A DNA stretch of 64,000 nucleotides, taken from assembly GCA_951406725.2 (NCBI GenBank), contig OX597821.1, positions 31,868,001 to 31,932,000 on the forward strand, written 5' to 3'. Below, piece by piece: positions 15,040 to 28,861 of this stretch. Position 1 is the stretch's first letter. The number at the start of each line of letters is the position of its first letter. A program made the translations under genes and the position numbers. The stretch is from Octopus vulgaris (Eukaryota). Below the pieces are notes generated by a model that had not been told where the DNA came from, searched no databases, and saw only the letters and a list, made by a program, of their open reading frames with translations.

Positions 15040-15650
15040 GAAGATAGTACTGTATACATGTTCCGTCGTTAGAAATTTCTCATAATCATTGTAGTATGGC
15101 AGACAAGAGTTTCTTCAAAGACGTATATTGATATATTCCACATATATAATATTCAGAAATGTATACAAATGCTTATTGTCGTATCATCAAAACACAGTTA
15201 AAGTAATGTTTTTATTGTGGCGGAGTTGTTAGAACTAACATCACCGAGATCAGTGACAGTAGCTGGCATCAACTGCTGTAAAATCAGAGCCGGAGCCAAC
15301 GGAATGAATACCAGAGGCGATAATACAACCAGCGCTCAAGTTCGTAGATATATCGGTTCAGCCGGAACTGCCTTTAAGACCCACCTGTACAACCATAGGT
15401 CCTCTTTTAGGATCCTACAAAGACGTTATGTCATGTCCGTGGCAAGGCACGTGTGGGACCTTAAAGGTGAAGGAATTCTATACGCAACTAAATATAAACG
15501 AGAACAGACGAAGCAAGCTTTGCATAGCACAGCGGGCAAGGATGCTAAAATCTCAGTTGACACAGGAACACTGTTAAATTCCTGAAGTGAAAACTACAAC
15601 TGTTTTCCGCATGTCAAACGCTACCTACTGCTTGCGTGGGATTTCCTGTT
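15040..15650 (+). pseudogene. decayed Hydra-like PLE GIY-YIG endonuclease fragment
   Basis: RRYIGSAGTAFKTHLYNHRSSFR..VARHVWDLKGEG..LLNS*SE..CFPHVKRYLL aligns by eye with KKYVGLTEGNFKARFNNHTLSFR..LSNHIWSLRDKG..LNTRTELFGSCPHVTKFLL of the 56-59 kb PLE. Confidence 0.8.
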
Positions 15651-16499
15651 CGTTGATTAGGGCCGTATAAAAATAATTTCGGACTGAACCAACCTAAGGA
15701 CAGAGATTCTCCGTTCATTGATTAGGACCGTAATAATTTCCTGACTAGACGGACCTAAAGGCGAAAACCCATGTCGCTTAAGGCTCCCACAATATATTTT
15801 TATAACAGTTTTCTAGCTCCAGTTTGAAAAGCCGTTATATGTCCGCAGCTATTGCAACCTCACGAGCCGTCTATAAGGCTAAGTGCTTTATGGATGCGAA
15901 AATATTGGTCACAACAGACGATAGATAATTGTCAGTTCATTACAGCAGGTTTTTAAGAATTTCTTTTATAGAAGAATGAGAATATCACTTCGTTGCAAAA
16001 CTGTAACCATCAGATGAAACATAATTTCAAAAACAAAACAATATCCCAAGAATACATCGTAAGCTTCGACAGACTACACATGCAATATTCTTGGGATATT
16101 CGCTTGTTTGAAATTATGTTTCATCTGATAGTTACGGCTTTTGCAATGAAATACTGTTCTCAATATTCTCTTTAAAAAATGCGTTAGAAAAAGCTGTCAT
16201 ATGTTGACAATTATCCATCGTGTTATTATTCTTTTGATTATAATACAGCATAGGGAATTACGACACGTCTTACACCCTGGAATATACCAACAACTTACAA
16301 TTAGCGTAACGTGTGCTTTAGACCCGCTCCTAGGTGCTAAATGCTCATAGCGTTCGTTTTCACTGTGCACACAACCGGAATATCCTACTTGATATTTATC
16401 AACTACAGGCGGTGACCAAAGATTACTCCAACCCTGCCTGGTGTATACCGTTTCAAGTAGCCTATTCTATTTGATTCCTTATTATATATATATATATAA

Positions 16500-16704
16500 T
16501 TTAATAAGGGTAGAATTGATATTAATTAATTAAAACCAGTGCCCTAGCATATTAAAAAAATCCGAAGATTAAAATATTTTTACATACAAAATTTAAAGGA
16601 CTGAGCACTAAAAATGGACGGTCAACATGCTAGATATAGACTTCAAAATCGCTATTTTCCACAAAGAATGTGTTCTCAAATAAAAAAAACAGTCCTTTAA
16701 TTTT

Positions 16705-16705
<1 letters not shown>
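16500..16705 (-). mobile_element. (TA)n-embedded 3' tail element with a short inverted arm
   Basis: Homologous to 55486-55675 (GGACTGA.CAC.AAAA..GGAC.GTCAACATGCTAGATATAGAC). 16690-16704 is approximately the reverse complement of 16588-16603. Confidence 0.75.
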
Positions 16706-16770
<65 letters not shown>

Positions 16771-16847
16771 TTTGTGTATCGGTTTTAAAGATAATTTATA
16801 ATTTTCAGTTCCTTTTCTCTATAAGGCTGGCAACGCGACGGAGTAAC

Positions 16848-16898
16848 GGATCACTGATGAAGATTAATCAAATCTGAAATCAGCGCTGGTATAATTCC
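16848..16898 (+). ncRNA. minimal type I hammerhead ribozyme in a ~300-bp non-coding element (about 16775-17085)
   Basis: GGATCA-CTGATGA(16854-60)-AGATT aatca AATCT-GAAA-TCAGCGCTGG-TA-TAATTCC: canonical core, perfect 5-bp stem II, palindromic stem III, GUA site, imperfect stem I. Confidence 0.8.
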
Positions 16899-17110
16899 CT
16901 CTCGCTTACCGTAGAGAGCTTATCTCCGCTGAGAGTCGTTAGAAAGTTGCTCTCCCGTGGCTACGGGTTGTTTTGATTCATATTTCTATTCATGCTGCAT
17001 AGCACACTCCATCACTTTAGTCACGATTATACTTGTCGCTTTTCGGTTGTAAATTGCTAGGAGCCACCATAAAAACCTATGTACCACACACGCACACAGA
17101 TGCACATATA

Positions 17111-17153
<43 letters not shown>

Positions 17154-17156
<3 letters not shown>

Positions 17157-17420
17157 ATAATTAGGGTTCAGCAAAGATTTGCTTTACCACATACCTAAGT
17201 TTGAAATAGCAGCCAAAACCTTAGCTATTTCTTCTACTTTAAAAAGGGACTACCAGAGAAAGCAAAATATGTATGTGGTAAAGAATACCTTTGCTGAACC
17301 CTAATTATTAAGTATTACTTAAGGTTACCGTGAAATGGTCCTTTTTTCATGCCGAATTCTACTTGGTGAAATTATTGATTACTTCTTAATTAATTAATTT
17401 TACCCGTTGTTATTATTGAT
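17154..17420 (+). mobile_element. (TA)n-embedded tail element with inverted partial duplication
   Basis: 17154-17194 is an imperfect inverted copy of 17271-17311; ends in AATTTTACCCGTT just before (TA)n. Confidence 0.65.
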
Positions 17421-18061
17421 ATATATATAAATGTGTGTGTGTATGTATGTATGTATGTATGTATGTATGTATGTATGTATGTATGTATGTATGTATGCAT
17501 GTAAGTATGTATGTAAGTATGTATGTATGTATGTGTGTATGTATGTATGCAAGTTTGTATATACATGTGTGTATATGTGTGTGTGGCTGCGTATTTCCAC
17601 ATATTCTTTGTGAACATAATTGCTTCAATATATTTGAAATGAAAAATACTTATTGGTGAAAAGTCGTTTCGTCCATAACAGTGTAAACATGTAATATTAC
17701 ATTGATATATCAATGACCTCAACAACATTGATACATTTTTTTTCTTTCATTCTCTAGCAATGAAACAACTGATTCACTTTTCATTTGATTTATATTTCGG
17801 TAGTTGTGTTGAAGAAGTAAAATACACACGAGCGTCAATAAACTCTAAGATCACGGCGGGATTACGCTGAGAACAACAAAACTTTGGCATTTTTCATCGT
17901 AGCCTCATGAATGTCTACGTTTTAACTGAATATTAACGTTTAACATGGAACGTCTGCCATACGCTTTCTTGTTTCGATGTTTGTTTCCCTTTTAATACAT
18001 AATTCACGCCACACTAATGGATTTTATTTCCAGTTTTACTTCGTCAGCCTTTCCAGATTTC

Positions 18062-18484
18062 GGATCTTTTCGGTTTGAACGGCAGTTTTTTTCTAGCGGT
18101 GTCATATGAAATTGTCACCCATAATTATAACCTTAGTATCGATATATTGCATTTCAATCAATTTTAGGGTTAGGGATAGGGTTAGGGGTGAGGGGAAGGG
18201 TATTTGTTTTTCTTCACAGATGTAAATCAACCCAATCTGTTTCTTAAACGAGGGACATATTCATACAGCACAGAATGTTTTTACCTCAATGGACGACATT
18301 GATTAGTTGAAATTGCAGAAATTGAAGAAAAATATAACAAATATCTTACAAACTATAGAATTTTCTCAATAAAGCCAAGAGAAAAATATGTTTTATAAAC
18401 ACATTCTACCAATATACGAAGTTTAAAATTTTTTAGTTACCTAGAAATTATGCTAAAAAACTGCCGTTCAAACCGAAAAGATCC
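18062..18484. mobile_element. MITE with ~30-bp TIRs and an internal TTAGGG-like tract
   Basis: TIR GGATCTTTTCGGTTTGAACGGCAGTTTTTT; 8-bp TSD CAGATTTC at 18054-61 and 18485-92; second copy at 30961-31385. Confidence 0.92.
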
Positions 18485-18845
18485 CAGATTTCATATACCT
18501 TTTTAGATGCCTTTATATTAGGAGCGCAATTATTTTGAATCTGGTTATATGCCGTAGCATATTTACGCTAATTAAACTGTAAACAGCATGAGAATGTTAC
18601 CTTTTTATTGTTTTACATTCAAATATGCTAAGCCATTATGATGTACTCACACTTCAGTACATCATAATTGCTTTGTATAACTCCTCATACTTGTCGCTAC
18701 TTTACCTACTTCTTTCTTTCTTTGTCGTTTTATCTCTACCCTGATTCTCTGAGATAAAACATCACACATACATACATATATACATACAGACAGACAGACA
18801 TACATACGCGCACACACACCCAGGGACAAACACACACGCACACAA

Positions 18846-18917
<72 letters not shown>

Positions 18918-19292
18918 TCTCATTCGTATATTATATATTTTTAATTTATATATATATATTTTTTAAGCGTACTCAACATTTAATTCTTAATTAATTATGT
19001 GTTAAACTGCAGGGTTCAATGAATTTATTTACACATCTATGTTTTGGCTTACTAGCAATTTATTTCTATATCTGTTTAGTTTGATATACATTTAAGTTTT
19101 AATATATAATGATAGATTAAGTTATAAGCGGGGAATAGGTGCGTCACAGGAACATAGTATACAACCTCATGAAACACGTGTAGTCGACAACTTTGAAGAG
19201 GAATAGTAAGAATTTAATATAATATTCTACGACATTGAACTTATATTCTGATTTGTTGAATTTTATGGGGATTTCTGTCGCTAATGATACAT

Positions 19293-19350
<58 letters not shown>

Positions 19351-19352
<2 letters not shown>

Positions 19353-19565
19353 TCCCAAAGGGTCTGAGGAACTTGCACAAAGTAGATGTAGCGGTTTTTA
19401 AATCAAAGCTGGACATCTTCCTGTCAAGAGTCCCAGATGAACCTACCTCACGGCAAGAGGTACAAATGAGAGTAGCTGTATCAAACTCCATTCTTCACCA
19501 AGTGCCACATATTAGACGAGGTTCGTCGTAATAACAGTGTAACACAAAACGGCGGTGCATCAGAA
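19351..19565 (+). mobile_element. 5'-truncated CR1-like LINE 3' end
   Basis: LPKGLRNLHKVDVAVFKSKLDIFLSRVPDEPT..RVAVSNSILHQV is typical of the ORF2 C-terminus of CR1-group LINEs. Confidence 0.75.
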
Positions 19566-19679
19566 TCGAACGGCTTTTGTGTGTTTCTTAAATGATTTAC
19601 AGACAACCTCCACGCTGCAATTGTTTTCGTTTCAGCACACGATCTCAGATCAAATCACTTGCTATGCAAGTACATCTCC

Positions 19680-19743
<64 letters not shown>

Positions 19744-19750
19744 TATATAA

Positions 19751-19797
<47 letters not shown>

Positions 19798-19987
19798 TAT
19801 GTATGTATGTGTGTGTGTTTGTGTGTGGTGGTGTGTGTGTGTGTATAAATTCTCATCCACTCATCGGAGGTGTTGGTATAACTATATACCAATACGTAGA
19901 AAGAGTGTATGAGAATTTTTCAACTTAGAAACTGCGCACGACAGTGATATGAAAAAGAATGAGAGAAAGCGTGGCAGAGGGATAGGT

Positions 19988-20372
19988 GGAAGCACTCCGT
20001 CGGTTACGACAACGAGGGTTCCGGTTGATCCGAATCAACGGAACAGCCTGCTCGTGAAATTAACGTGTAAGTGGCTGAGCAATCCACAGACACGTGCACC
20101 CTTAACGTAGTTCTCGGGGATATTCAGCGTGACACAGAGAGTGACAAGGCCGGCCCCGTTGAAATACGGGTACAACAGAAACAGGAAGTAAGAGTGAGAG
20201 AAAGTTGTGGTGAAAGAGTACAGCAGGGATCACCACCACCCCCTGCCAGAGCCTCGTGGAGCTATAGGTGTTTTCGCTCAATAAACACTCACAATGCCCG
20301 GTCTGGGAATCGAAACCGCGATCTTATGACCGCGAGTCTGCTGCCCTAACCACTGGGCCATTGCGCCTCCAC
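19988..20372 (-). mobile_element. tRNA-derived SINE, family A, tail type 1, full length
   Basis: A box TGGCCCAGTGG, B box GGTTTCGATTCC; 11-bp TSD GAGGGATAGGT at 19977-87 and 20373-83. Confidence 0.93.
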
Positions 20373-21353
20373 GAGGGATAGGTAGAAAACAAGGGATAGT
20401 CTATGAGTCAGAAGAGCTTCTATTTATCATACTAACTTTTGTACTGTAAATATAATATTTTACACTGTACTTGGATTGACCCGTCCTTTTCAAGCATAAA
20501 ATATCGGTCTTGCTGTAGATTATATATTAAATATACTCTTTTTCCTAATTCCTATTTGTTAATTGGATATAATGTATTTCCGAAAAAAACATCTAAGTGC
20601 TATGGAAACATTTGAACTATAAACATCTTGATTGATAGAATTCTTCTTGTAAAGATTATGCCTGTACACAATATATATTTCGTTTCCACAGAAAACATTT
20701 TTCTGTCTTTAATTACGACTCTATAAATATTTTAACCTCAGTAGAAACGCAAATTTAATTACCTCGTAAATAAAGAAGCTTCATAAATTATTTTTAGCAT
20801 GTGTTTCTTCTTCATTATTTTTGAAATTGTCAATAATTAGCTTATTAATTATTTTTGTGTTTTATTTTAAATTGTGTAAAGCCATATCACCAAGAATTGC
20901 GATATGAACAATACACAGAGAAAACAAAAAGAAGAGAAAAATACCATAAAATCAATTTTAAAAATCACGCCAGCAGACTCATTAAAGATTTAAGAAACCT
21001 TGTTGTAGCAATGGTGGTTATGATTTCAATTAGTTTACGACCACAACTTAAATTTCACTTCTCCGATATTATTATGAAAAACAATAAACACTGATACAAT
21101 TATAACTGATTACATTCACAGATCATTGCTCGTTTCCATTGCTTTGTCATATATTTAAAATAAAAATGACTGTTTCGAAGTGTTCTAGCGCAGAAGTTAT
21201 TGCAAAAATAAACAATGATTTTTTTTTCTTTTAAAAAAAATCCATTTGATTCTTCTACTGAAATTATTTTTTGAACTGAAAACTAGATGGAAATCTACAG
21301 AAAAGCTCAGTCGTCGCACTCCGAAGCACATGATTAACTCCTACGTATATATA

Positions 21354-21449
21354 TTCTTCTGCTTCTTCTTCTTCTTCTTCTTCTTCTTCTTCTTCTTCTT
21401 CTTCTTCTTCTTCTTCTTCTTCTTCTTCTTCTTCTTCTTCTTCTTCTTC
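21354..21449. repeat. (TTC)n microsatellite
   Basis: Directly visible; explains the poly-F and poly-E ORFs. Confidence 0.98.
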
Positions 21450-23474
21450 AGTCTTTGTGTATGGTAGGCATATAAATGGATTGGTATATGTACATATTTG
21501 TAATTGCAATCATTACTGCCAGAAAAAAAAAAGGCTAACCATATAGATAAATAAAAATTATCAGTTTGTGGTCAGGGAAATTGCATATTATCATATCCTT
21601 TCTTTTTCTTAAATGTGTAAGAGATTAAATATTATCTATCTTTCGATGAATACAGATACTGTAGAAATAAGAATTTTATGCTGCGTACTGTTTGAACTCT
21701 GCTTATCTCATATATAACTAGCCAAGTGAAAAAGAGAACAAAAAAGAAGTAATCCCTTTCTGGTAGATTTCTTCATACACAACGGTCTAGATATGTTTTC
21801 ATTTGTATCTTTAGATTAGCCAATACAATTGGATGGATGCAATTTAAGATTTTACGCATAGTTTATATTCAATCCAATATCGACATCATGGAGTTGCGTC
21901 AATTTTGATGCACTATTCGCCATCAATATATTCGGCACCAATATAGATGGGAACGTCAGCCTCATCATCATAGTCGTCATAATTAAAAATTATCATCTTC
22001 AAGCAGCGCAGCCGGAAGCAACTGTATCTTAATTACTGCAATCATATTGTAAAACAGAAAGAAAAAAGAAACCTCATGAGGAATTGAATGTCGTCTGCCA
22101 AAACTGCAACATAAATATTAGCGACGGAATAGCCGACCAGAAACAAAATTGCCTCTCCGTGTATAAGTTGTAACATCAACAACATTACTCGTATCAGCTG
22201 TAGAATCATCAATAGTTGCAGTGGTGACAGCGAACCGTATTAACATCAGCAGCAGCTTTATCAGCTGCTGCAGCAGTAGTAGCATCAACCGTTGTAGTTG
22301 TCACAATTGTGAGCGTACAGAGAAATAAACTGTAATTATAAAAGTAATTTCATCAGAAGTCAGGATAATACTAGACGTATGTTTCCTTTATGCGTTGTTA
22401 TTTTCCTTCTGTTGCTCTAGTTTTCTCAAATATATATATATATTTTTTTTAAAGTAACTTACTCTCAAATTGAGAGCAGCTAATTGTTACCTATCTTATT
22501 TCAACACCTTTTTTTCCCATCAAATTAGCAATTGTGGGCGTGAAACGAACCACCATATGCACTTTAAAATCCGAGCTATAGCAATTATAACAATTAAATT
22601 GTCAGAGTAATAAATCACACGTTTACGTAGAATGAAAGGCTTTGCGAAATTTAGTTTTCTTTTCATAAGTATTAGGTCATTTATAATTCAGTTTCAGTTG
22701 TCCATGGGAACGTATTCTTATTTGGTTCTTTTCTATTCGAAGGATCAGTGTACTTTCCATTGCATCTGATGCAGTTGAGTTTGTGCTGGTCTTAGACGAT
22801 TTGTAATTTTAAACACGTCCAACTGAAATGCATTTTTGCTGTTTATAATGAAGTCTCAAAACAGTACTTTGCGTTTGTTTTCTATAAATTCACAAGAATT
22901 ACTGATTTAAATAAACTGTTTTAATTGTTTCTTTCTCTAACATCTGGAAACATGTCCATCTTGCCTGTATGCTCGAGGCATTCCTCCTTACGGTGAAAAC
23001 ATATTTGTTATTTCCCAAAATCACAAGATAGGATCATAACAAAATTTTCTAGTCTTTAAATTTATTCTTTTTCACTTTTGCCAGTGTAAATCATGGAATA
23101 GAGGATTGCCTCATTATGACATGTAAAAATATTAATTCACTTAGGTGTAAATAATGTGTTTTATTTAGAAGTGTATGAGCTTACACGATTTAATCGTCGT
23201 CTGCTGATAACCTTTGAGAATGTTTGTACCTTGTACAAGGCCTCTTGTCTCAATTTCCATGTTAAAGAACACATCCAAGCTATGTTCGTTTTAACAAATA
23301 AGTCAATTCAGTCCACTCTCTTTTTTCTATATCTGTGTTCTTTTCCACTCCCACCCTACTTCACTCTCTCATCTTCTCAATACACACGCACACAAATAGA
23401 CACATATATATATTTGTGTGTGTATTTATTTGTATTGTATGTGTGTGTGTGTGTATCTATACATATGTGTATAT

Positions 23475-23662
23475 AGGGAGAGTTTACGAAAAAACAAAAG
23501 ACGAAGGTGTACAAAACAAACAGATGTATTAGTATAACGCTCAGGAATAGAAAAAGTCTTTTACGTTTCGAGCCTACGCTATTCTACTGAAGGGGACACA
23601 GAAAATAACAAGGAGAGAAAGAAGGAGAGAAAAAATATGTGTAGTGGCTAACGATCTATCAT
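23475..23662 (-). mobile_element. short (TA)n-embedded element with a hammerhead-like motif; same family as 61436-61563
   Basis: Minus-strand ..AGCGTAGGCTCGAAACGTAAAAGAC..TTCCTGAGCG..ATACTAATACA.. shared with the 61.4-kb copy. Confidence 0.8.
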
Positions 23663-23681
23663 ATATATATATATGTATATC

Positions 23682-23754
<73 letters not shown>

Positions 23755-23808
23755 TAAGGAAAAATTTTTTTAAAAATGCAGAATGCTCAAATGAAAGAAA
23801 ATTTGATC

Positions 23809-23905
<97 letters not shown>

Positions 23906-25969
23906 TTATGCATATATACACTTACATACATGTGTGTGTGTAAGTGTGTATCTAGATATATAATTCTGGATGAGAAGAGATGCGAGCAGTCTACGAAGTG
24001 TTCGATCATAATGATTTAACAATTCATTCCACTGTTTAACAAAACGTTATTTATCGCGATTCCTCCTGAATCTCGTTGAGGTAATCTTAAATCGGTTTAT
24101 TAATAGTTAAGTTTCATTCCAATGACCATGCACGAAATCAACGAAAGTATAGAAAAAATCGCCGAATTGAGGGATAGACATTTTTGATGATTGCCATTAA
24201 TAATTAGCAATGAATAACTGAGAGCTAATAGGAAATAAAACGCTGAAAAGTAAGACGTTCAAATATAATATACATGTGAAACGCGTGTTTCACATTTCGT
24301 TATATAGACATTTGATACGTAGATATGTGTGTATGTTTATGTATATGTGTGTATGTTTATGTATATGTGTGTTTGTGTGTGTAAACATGCTCATTTGAAC
24401 TCATGTATGTACGTGTCTATGTTTACAGTAAAATAGAACATAAACTATACATTTAAGTGAATGACTCTTAAACTTTCATTCGGTTCGCCAAGGATTAACA
24501 CTGTGTTTAAGTTTCCTTTTGAGAAAGTAGATAGCATCATGTCCGTACCTTCAATAATCATATCATTTATATCGTGTGTTCTTGCACCAAAACTAGATTA
24601 TGATATTATTTGAATAAAGATGAAAGTAATGTTCAAATTATATTTTACATATGAATGCAACTTTGAATAATTTTCTTTCAAGTTACTCTTGAAGAAAATT
24701 GCAATACTAAAATAAAATATTCTTTATAATATGTGTTATGAAAGTAAACATTCTAGATTATTAATTCGTTTACACTACAAACTGAATTTGAAGACATGCA
24801 CTCATTGCTAACTAAAACCTGGCTTTACGAAAACTTGAAAATGCTATGACAGTATATAACCTTACAGCTTTATCTTTGCATAGACATAGCACATTGTACG
24901 TATCATATGACTTGTTAAAATACTGCATTGGACATAAAGAAGGATATATAAACGTGAAGCAAATATTGATCTACTAATGCTGGGAGAAGTTATGTATAAT
25001 AATATAAAAGGAAATTGTATTGAATGACGCATGCAGAAATATGCTTCAGTTGAATTAAATTCCTCACTTAACTGAAACAGACACAGAAAATTTTTTAGAG
25101 TGGCCTTTAGATATCCGAAATAAAAATTGAATAAGATTTAAAGCATTTCAAAATTCTTTCTAGACAATTTAGAATTGACAAGTGTGAGTAACGTCATATT
25201 TGCTGACAAAGAGAATACTACGGGTATGTTTCACATTTATTGAACATGAGTATCGTAACATAGTCTACACAAAATTTTAATTAGTACATTACCAAGGCGT
25301 GCACACAGTTTTGTCAGCAGCTATAGTACCAAACATACCCACGCATGCGCAAATGTATGTGAAAAATTTGGCAAACAACATCTAGCAGGAGAACGGTACT
25401 TACACGAGAATAATGTTTCCCTTCTTAGACACCGCAAATGATTATCCAAGGGAAAGGCCACTGTCTTGTACCCACACGGCGCTGTCAGAAAGTGAAGAGT
25501 CAAAAAATATATTACAACTCAACTTACCAGTAAAAGTACTGCCAATCCAATCCTCTCTATTAGCTCATGTTCATGAATCAGAAAGCAGAAAAGAACATCA
25601 TCTAATGCTCTTATCAAACATAACATTTCAATGTTGTACGAACAAATATTTGATAAAATTTAGTTATTCATATTTTTATGAATATAGATGTGCGTGATTA
25701 TAGGTTGTTAAAAGAGCAAAAGGAATAACATAATACGGAATGCTATGTTTGATTATGATTGTCCCATTTTCTTACAACCAAGTTATTTTATAGTTTCAGA
25801 AGAACGAAAGATAAATTATACCACGGGGATTTCGTAATGAGATCAAAATAAAGGGTAATTACATACTAAATAGCATCTCCCCGAATTCCTAATAAACCTC
25901 AGCCCCAAATTTTAAATTATATTAATATTAGGCTATCAGTATATAGATACACACAGAACAAACAAATGA

Positions 25970-26018
<49 letters not shown>

Positions 26019-26089
26019 CGTCTATCTGTCTATCTCTCTCCCTCTCTCTCTCTCTACTTATATGTGGGTATATATATATATATATATAC

Positions 26090-26163
<74 letters not shown>

Positions 26164-27610
26164 CTGCAAACGAAGTAACATCTGCTTAGAATTGTGGTGT
26201 ATTTATAAGGTCAATTGATTGATATTGTTTGCCTACCTAACTTATGACTGGAAACAAAATGGCAGCATTTCCAATATAGTAATTATACGATATTTAATTG
26301 CGATATTGGAAACAGAATATGACGTTAGGTGTCCTCCATGAGGGCTGACCTGATCAGCACACGTAAAGAAAACAAAAACTTCACAAACCACGTCAGTAGC
26401 AGTAACATCATGAACAAGTAGAACTACTCCAGCAATATCATGAAGACGCATTTTGGTGTAGTATTGAGAGTCTGAATTTACCCTGAAGGTACACATAGAA
26501 CAAAGTTCTTGCATACAAAACAAAACAAAAATTAAATACATCCTTCATCTTGTGTACTCTTTGGCAACTCAGAATTTGAAGCGAACGATTGCTTCCTCAT
26601 TGTGGCCTAACATTGTGTATTTACATAATTTTACGTACGAAATATATCATATCGCATATAGCAAATTCATCATTTAGATGAAATTCTATATATTACAATT
26701 ATTACGTTTACTTTATAGATTCTTAAAAGAAATGCTGAAAAATTATGAGATAGTATTGTTTTTATCGTATGGTCTTCCATTCAGTAATTTGCTCCACGAT
26801 TATTATGTTTCGTAGTATTAATAATTAATGACTTTGCAATTAACAAGTCATGGAAAATATTCTTATAAAAATAACATATCCACTACACAGCTGTGACGAC
26901 TAAAATTTTTTATGCGTATCCAAGACAACTTACAAAGAAATAAAACAAAGTATGACATTTCTTTGCTTTATTAAGAGAAAAACTGAGAAAGCTCAATAAA
27001 AAAGCACTTTATTTAGATAGAAATTAAAAACAAAACCTAACAATTTGTCAATTTGAATTTTTTATATGTTTTCATCTAACATATAAACTATTCATTACGA
27101 TCACATCTAGAATATTAAGAGGCTATTATACTGTTAGATTTTTCTTCCCATTCTAATAATTAGATTTCCAACGAAAATAAAGCGAAAACAAATGGAAATC
27201 CATTTCTCATTTAAAGGAATTTGAAAAGTAGAAATTCGGATACTAAAATTATTAAACATTTTGAAACTTAACCCATTAAATGCGAGCAGTAAGTTTCAAT
27301 ATATTCATGTGTACTACAAATTTCAAACAAAGATAATACAAATAAAACTGCGTTTATGTATAATAATGAAACTGATGTCTTCGAATAAATGAAGAAATTT
27401 CAGTATGCTCGAAATAAGGAGTAGAAGAACAATCGATAACTAATGAAGTGTCGTTTAATTTTATGTTATTTGACTTGTTTTCAAATTTTTTCTCTCGTTG
27501 TTTGCGTATCCAACTTTATTTTCGTATTACATTTTTACATTTTGTGACGTCCTGTACCCATTTATACATATCTATACATCTATATGTATGTACTTATATC
27601 TATGTATATA

Positions 27611-27658
<48 letters not shown>

Positions 27659-27860
27659 CACACATATATATATATCTATATTCATATATATATGCATATA
27701 TATATATAATAAATATAAGAGAGTGGTCACTATATGGCTCACTCTAGCACCAGTTAATCCAAAAGGTTTCAACCACAAAAATACATGTTTCCCATGAAAG
27801 ACAGTACGATTGTTAGCTCACACGGACAGGGCAAATAAAAAATAACAAAAATACAGATTA

Positions 27861-27942
27861 TTTTGGGACAATTGTTTCGCTATTAATGAATTAAATGTAA
27901 TTTTACTTACAAAAAAATCCACTTGTAGCTCGTCAGCCAAAA
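27861..27942 (-). ncRNA. type I hammerhead ribozyme (array copy 1)
   Basis: TTTTGG-CTGACGA-GCTA..TAGC-GAAA-CAATTG-TC-CCAAAA on the minus strand. Confidence 0.9.
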
Positions 27943-28779
27943 CTAACTGGATGAAATCCACTCAATCACACGCCAGATTTTACCATAACGATAAATACGC
28001 GTGTGGTTCAATTGATTACATCCGACGTTATAATTCAAATGCCCCAACTAACAGCGCGCCAAACTTTCACGGAAGACAAATACAGCATTTAGAAATAAAT
28101 GCAGCATAATTATAATTAATTAATAAGGGTGAGAGAATTAGATACTAATTTAATAGTATATCTATTCAACACCAAGTGGCCTAGTGCTCCGAGAAACCTG
28201 GATTATTATAATATTTTATAATATATTATAATATTTTTACAAAATAAATATAAGAGAGTGGTCACTATATGGCTCACTCTAGCACCAGTTAATCCAAAAG
28301 GTTTCAACCACAAAAATACATGTTTCCCATGAAAGACAGTACGATTGTTAGCTCACACGGACAGGGCAAATAAAAAATAACAAAAATACAGATTTTTTGG
28401 GACAATTGTTTCGCTTGAAACCTTTTGGATTAACTGGTGCTAGAGTGAGCCATATAGTGACCACTCTCTTATATTTATTTTGTAAAAATATTATAATATA
28501 TTATAAAATATTATAATAATCCAGGTTTCTCGGAGCACTAGGCCACTTGGTGTTGAATAGATATACTATTAAATTAGTATCTAATTCTCTCACCCTTATT
28601 AATTAATTATAATTATGCTGCATTTATTTCTAAATGCTGTATTTGTTTTCCGTGAAAGTTTGGCGCGCTGTTAGTTGGGGCATTTGAATTATAACGTCGG
28701 ATGTAATCAATTGAACCACACGCGTATTTATCGTTATGGTAAAATCTGGCGTGTGATTGAGTGGATTTCATCCAGTTAG

Positions 28780-28861
28780 TTTTGGCTGACGAGCTACAAG
28801 TGGATTTTTTTGTAAGTAAAATTACATTTAATTCATTAATAGCGAAACAATTGTCCCAAAA
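28780..28861 (+). ncRNA. type I hammerhead ribozyme (array copy 2)
   Basis: Stem I TTTTGG/CCAAAA, CTGACGA 28786-92, stem II GCTA/TAGC closing a 43-nt extension, GAAA 28844-47, palindromic CAATTG, GUC cleavage triplet ending at 28855. Confidence 0.9.

Noticed and set aside
19171-19182. GAAA-CACGTG-TA half hammerhead
   Set aside because: No upstream CUGANGA or stem II; counted only as a remnant.
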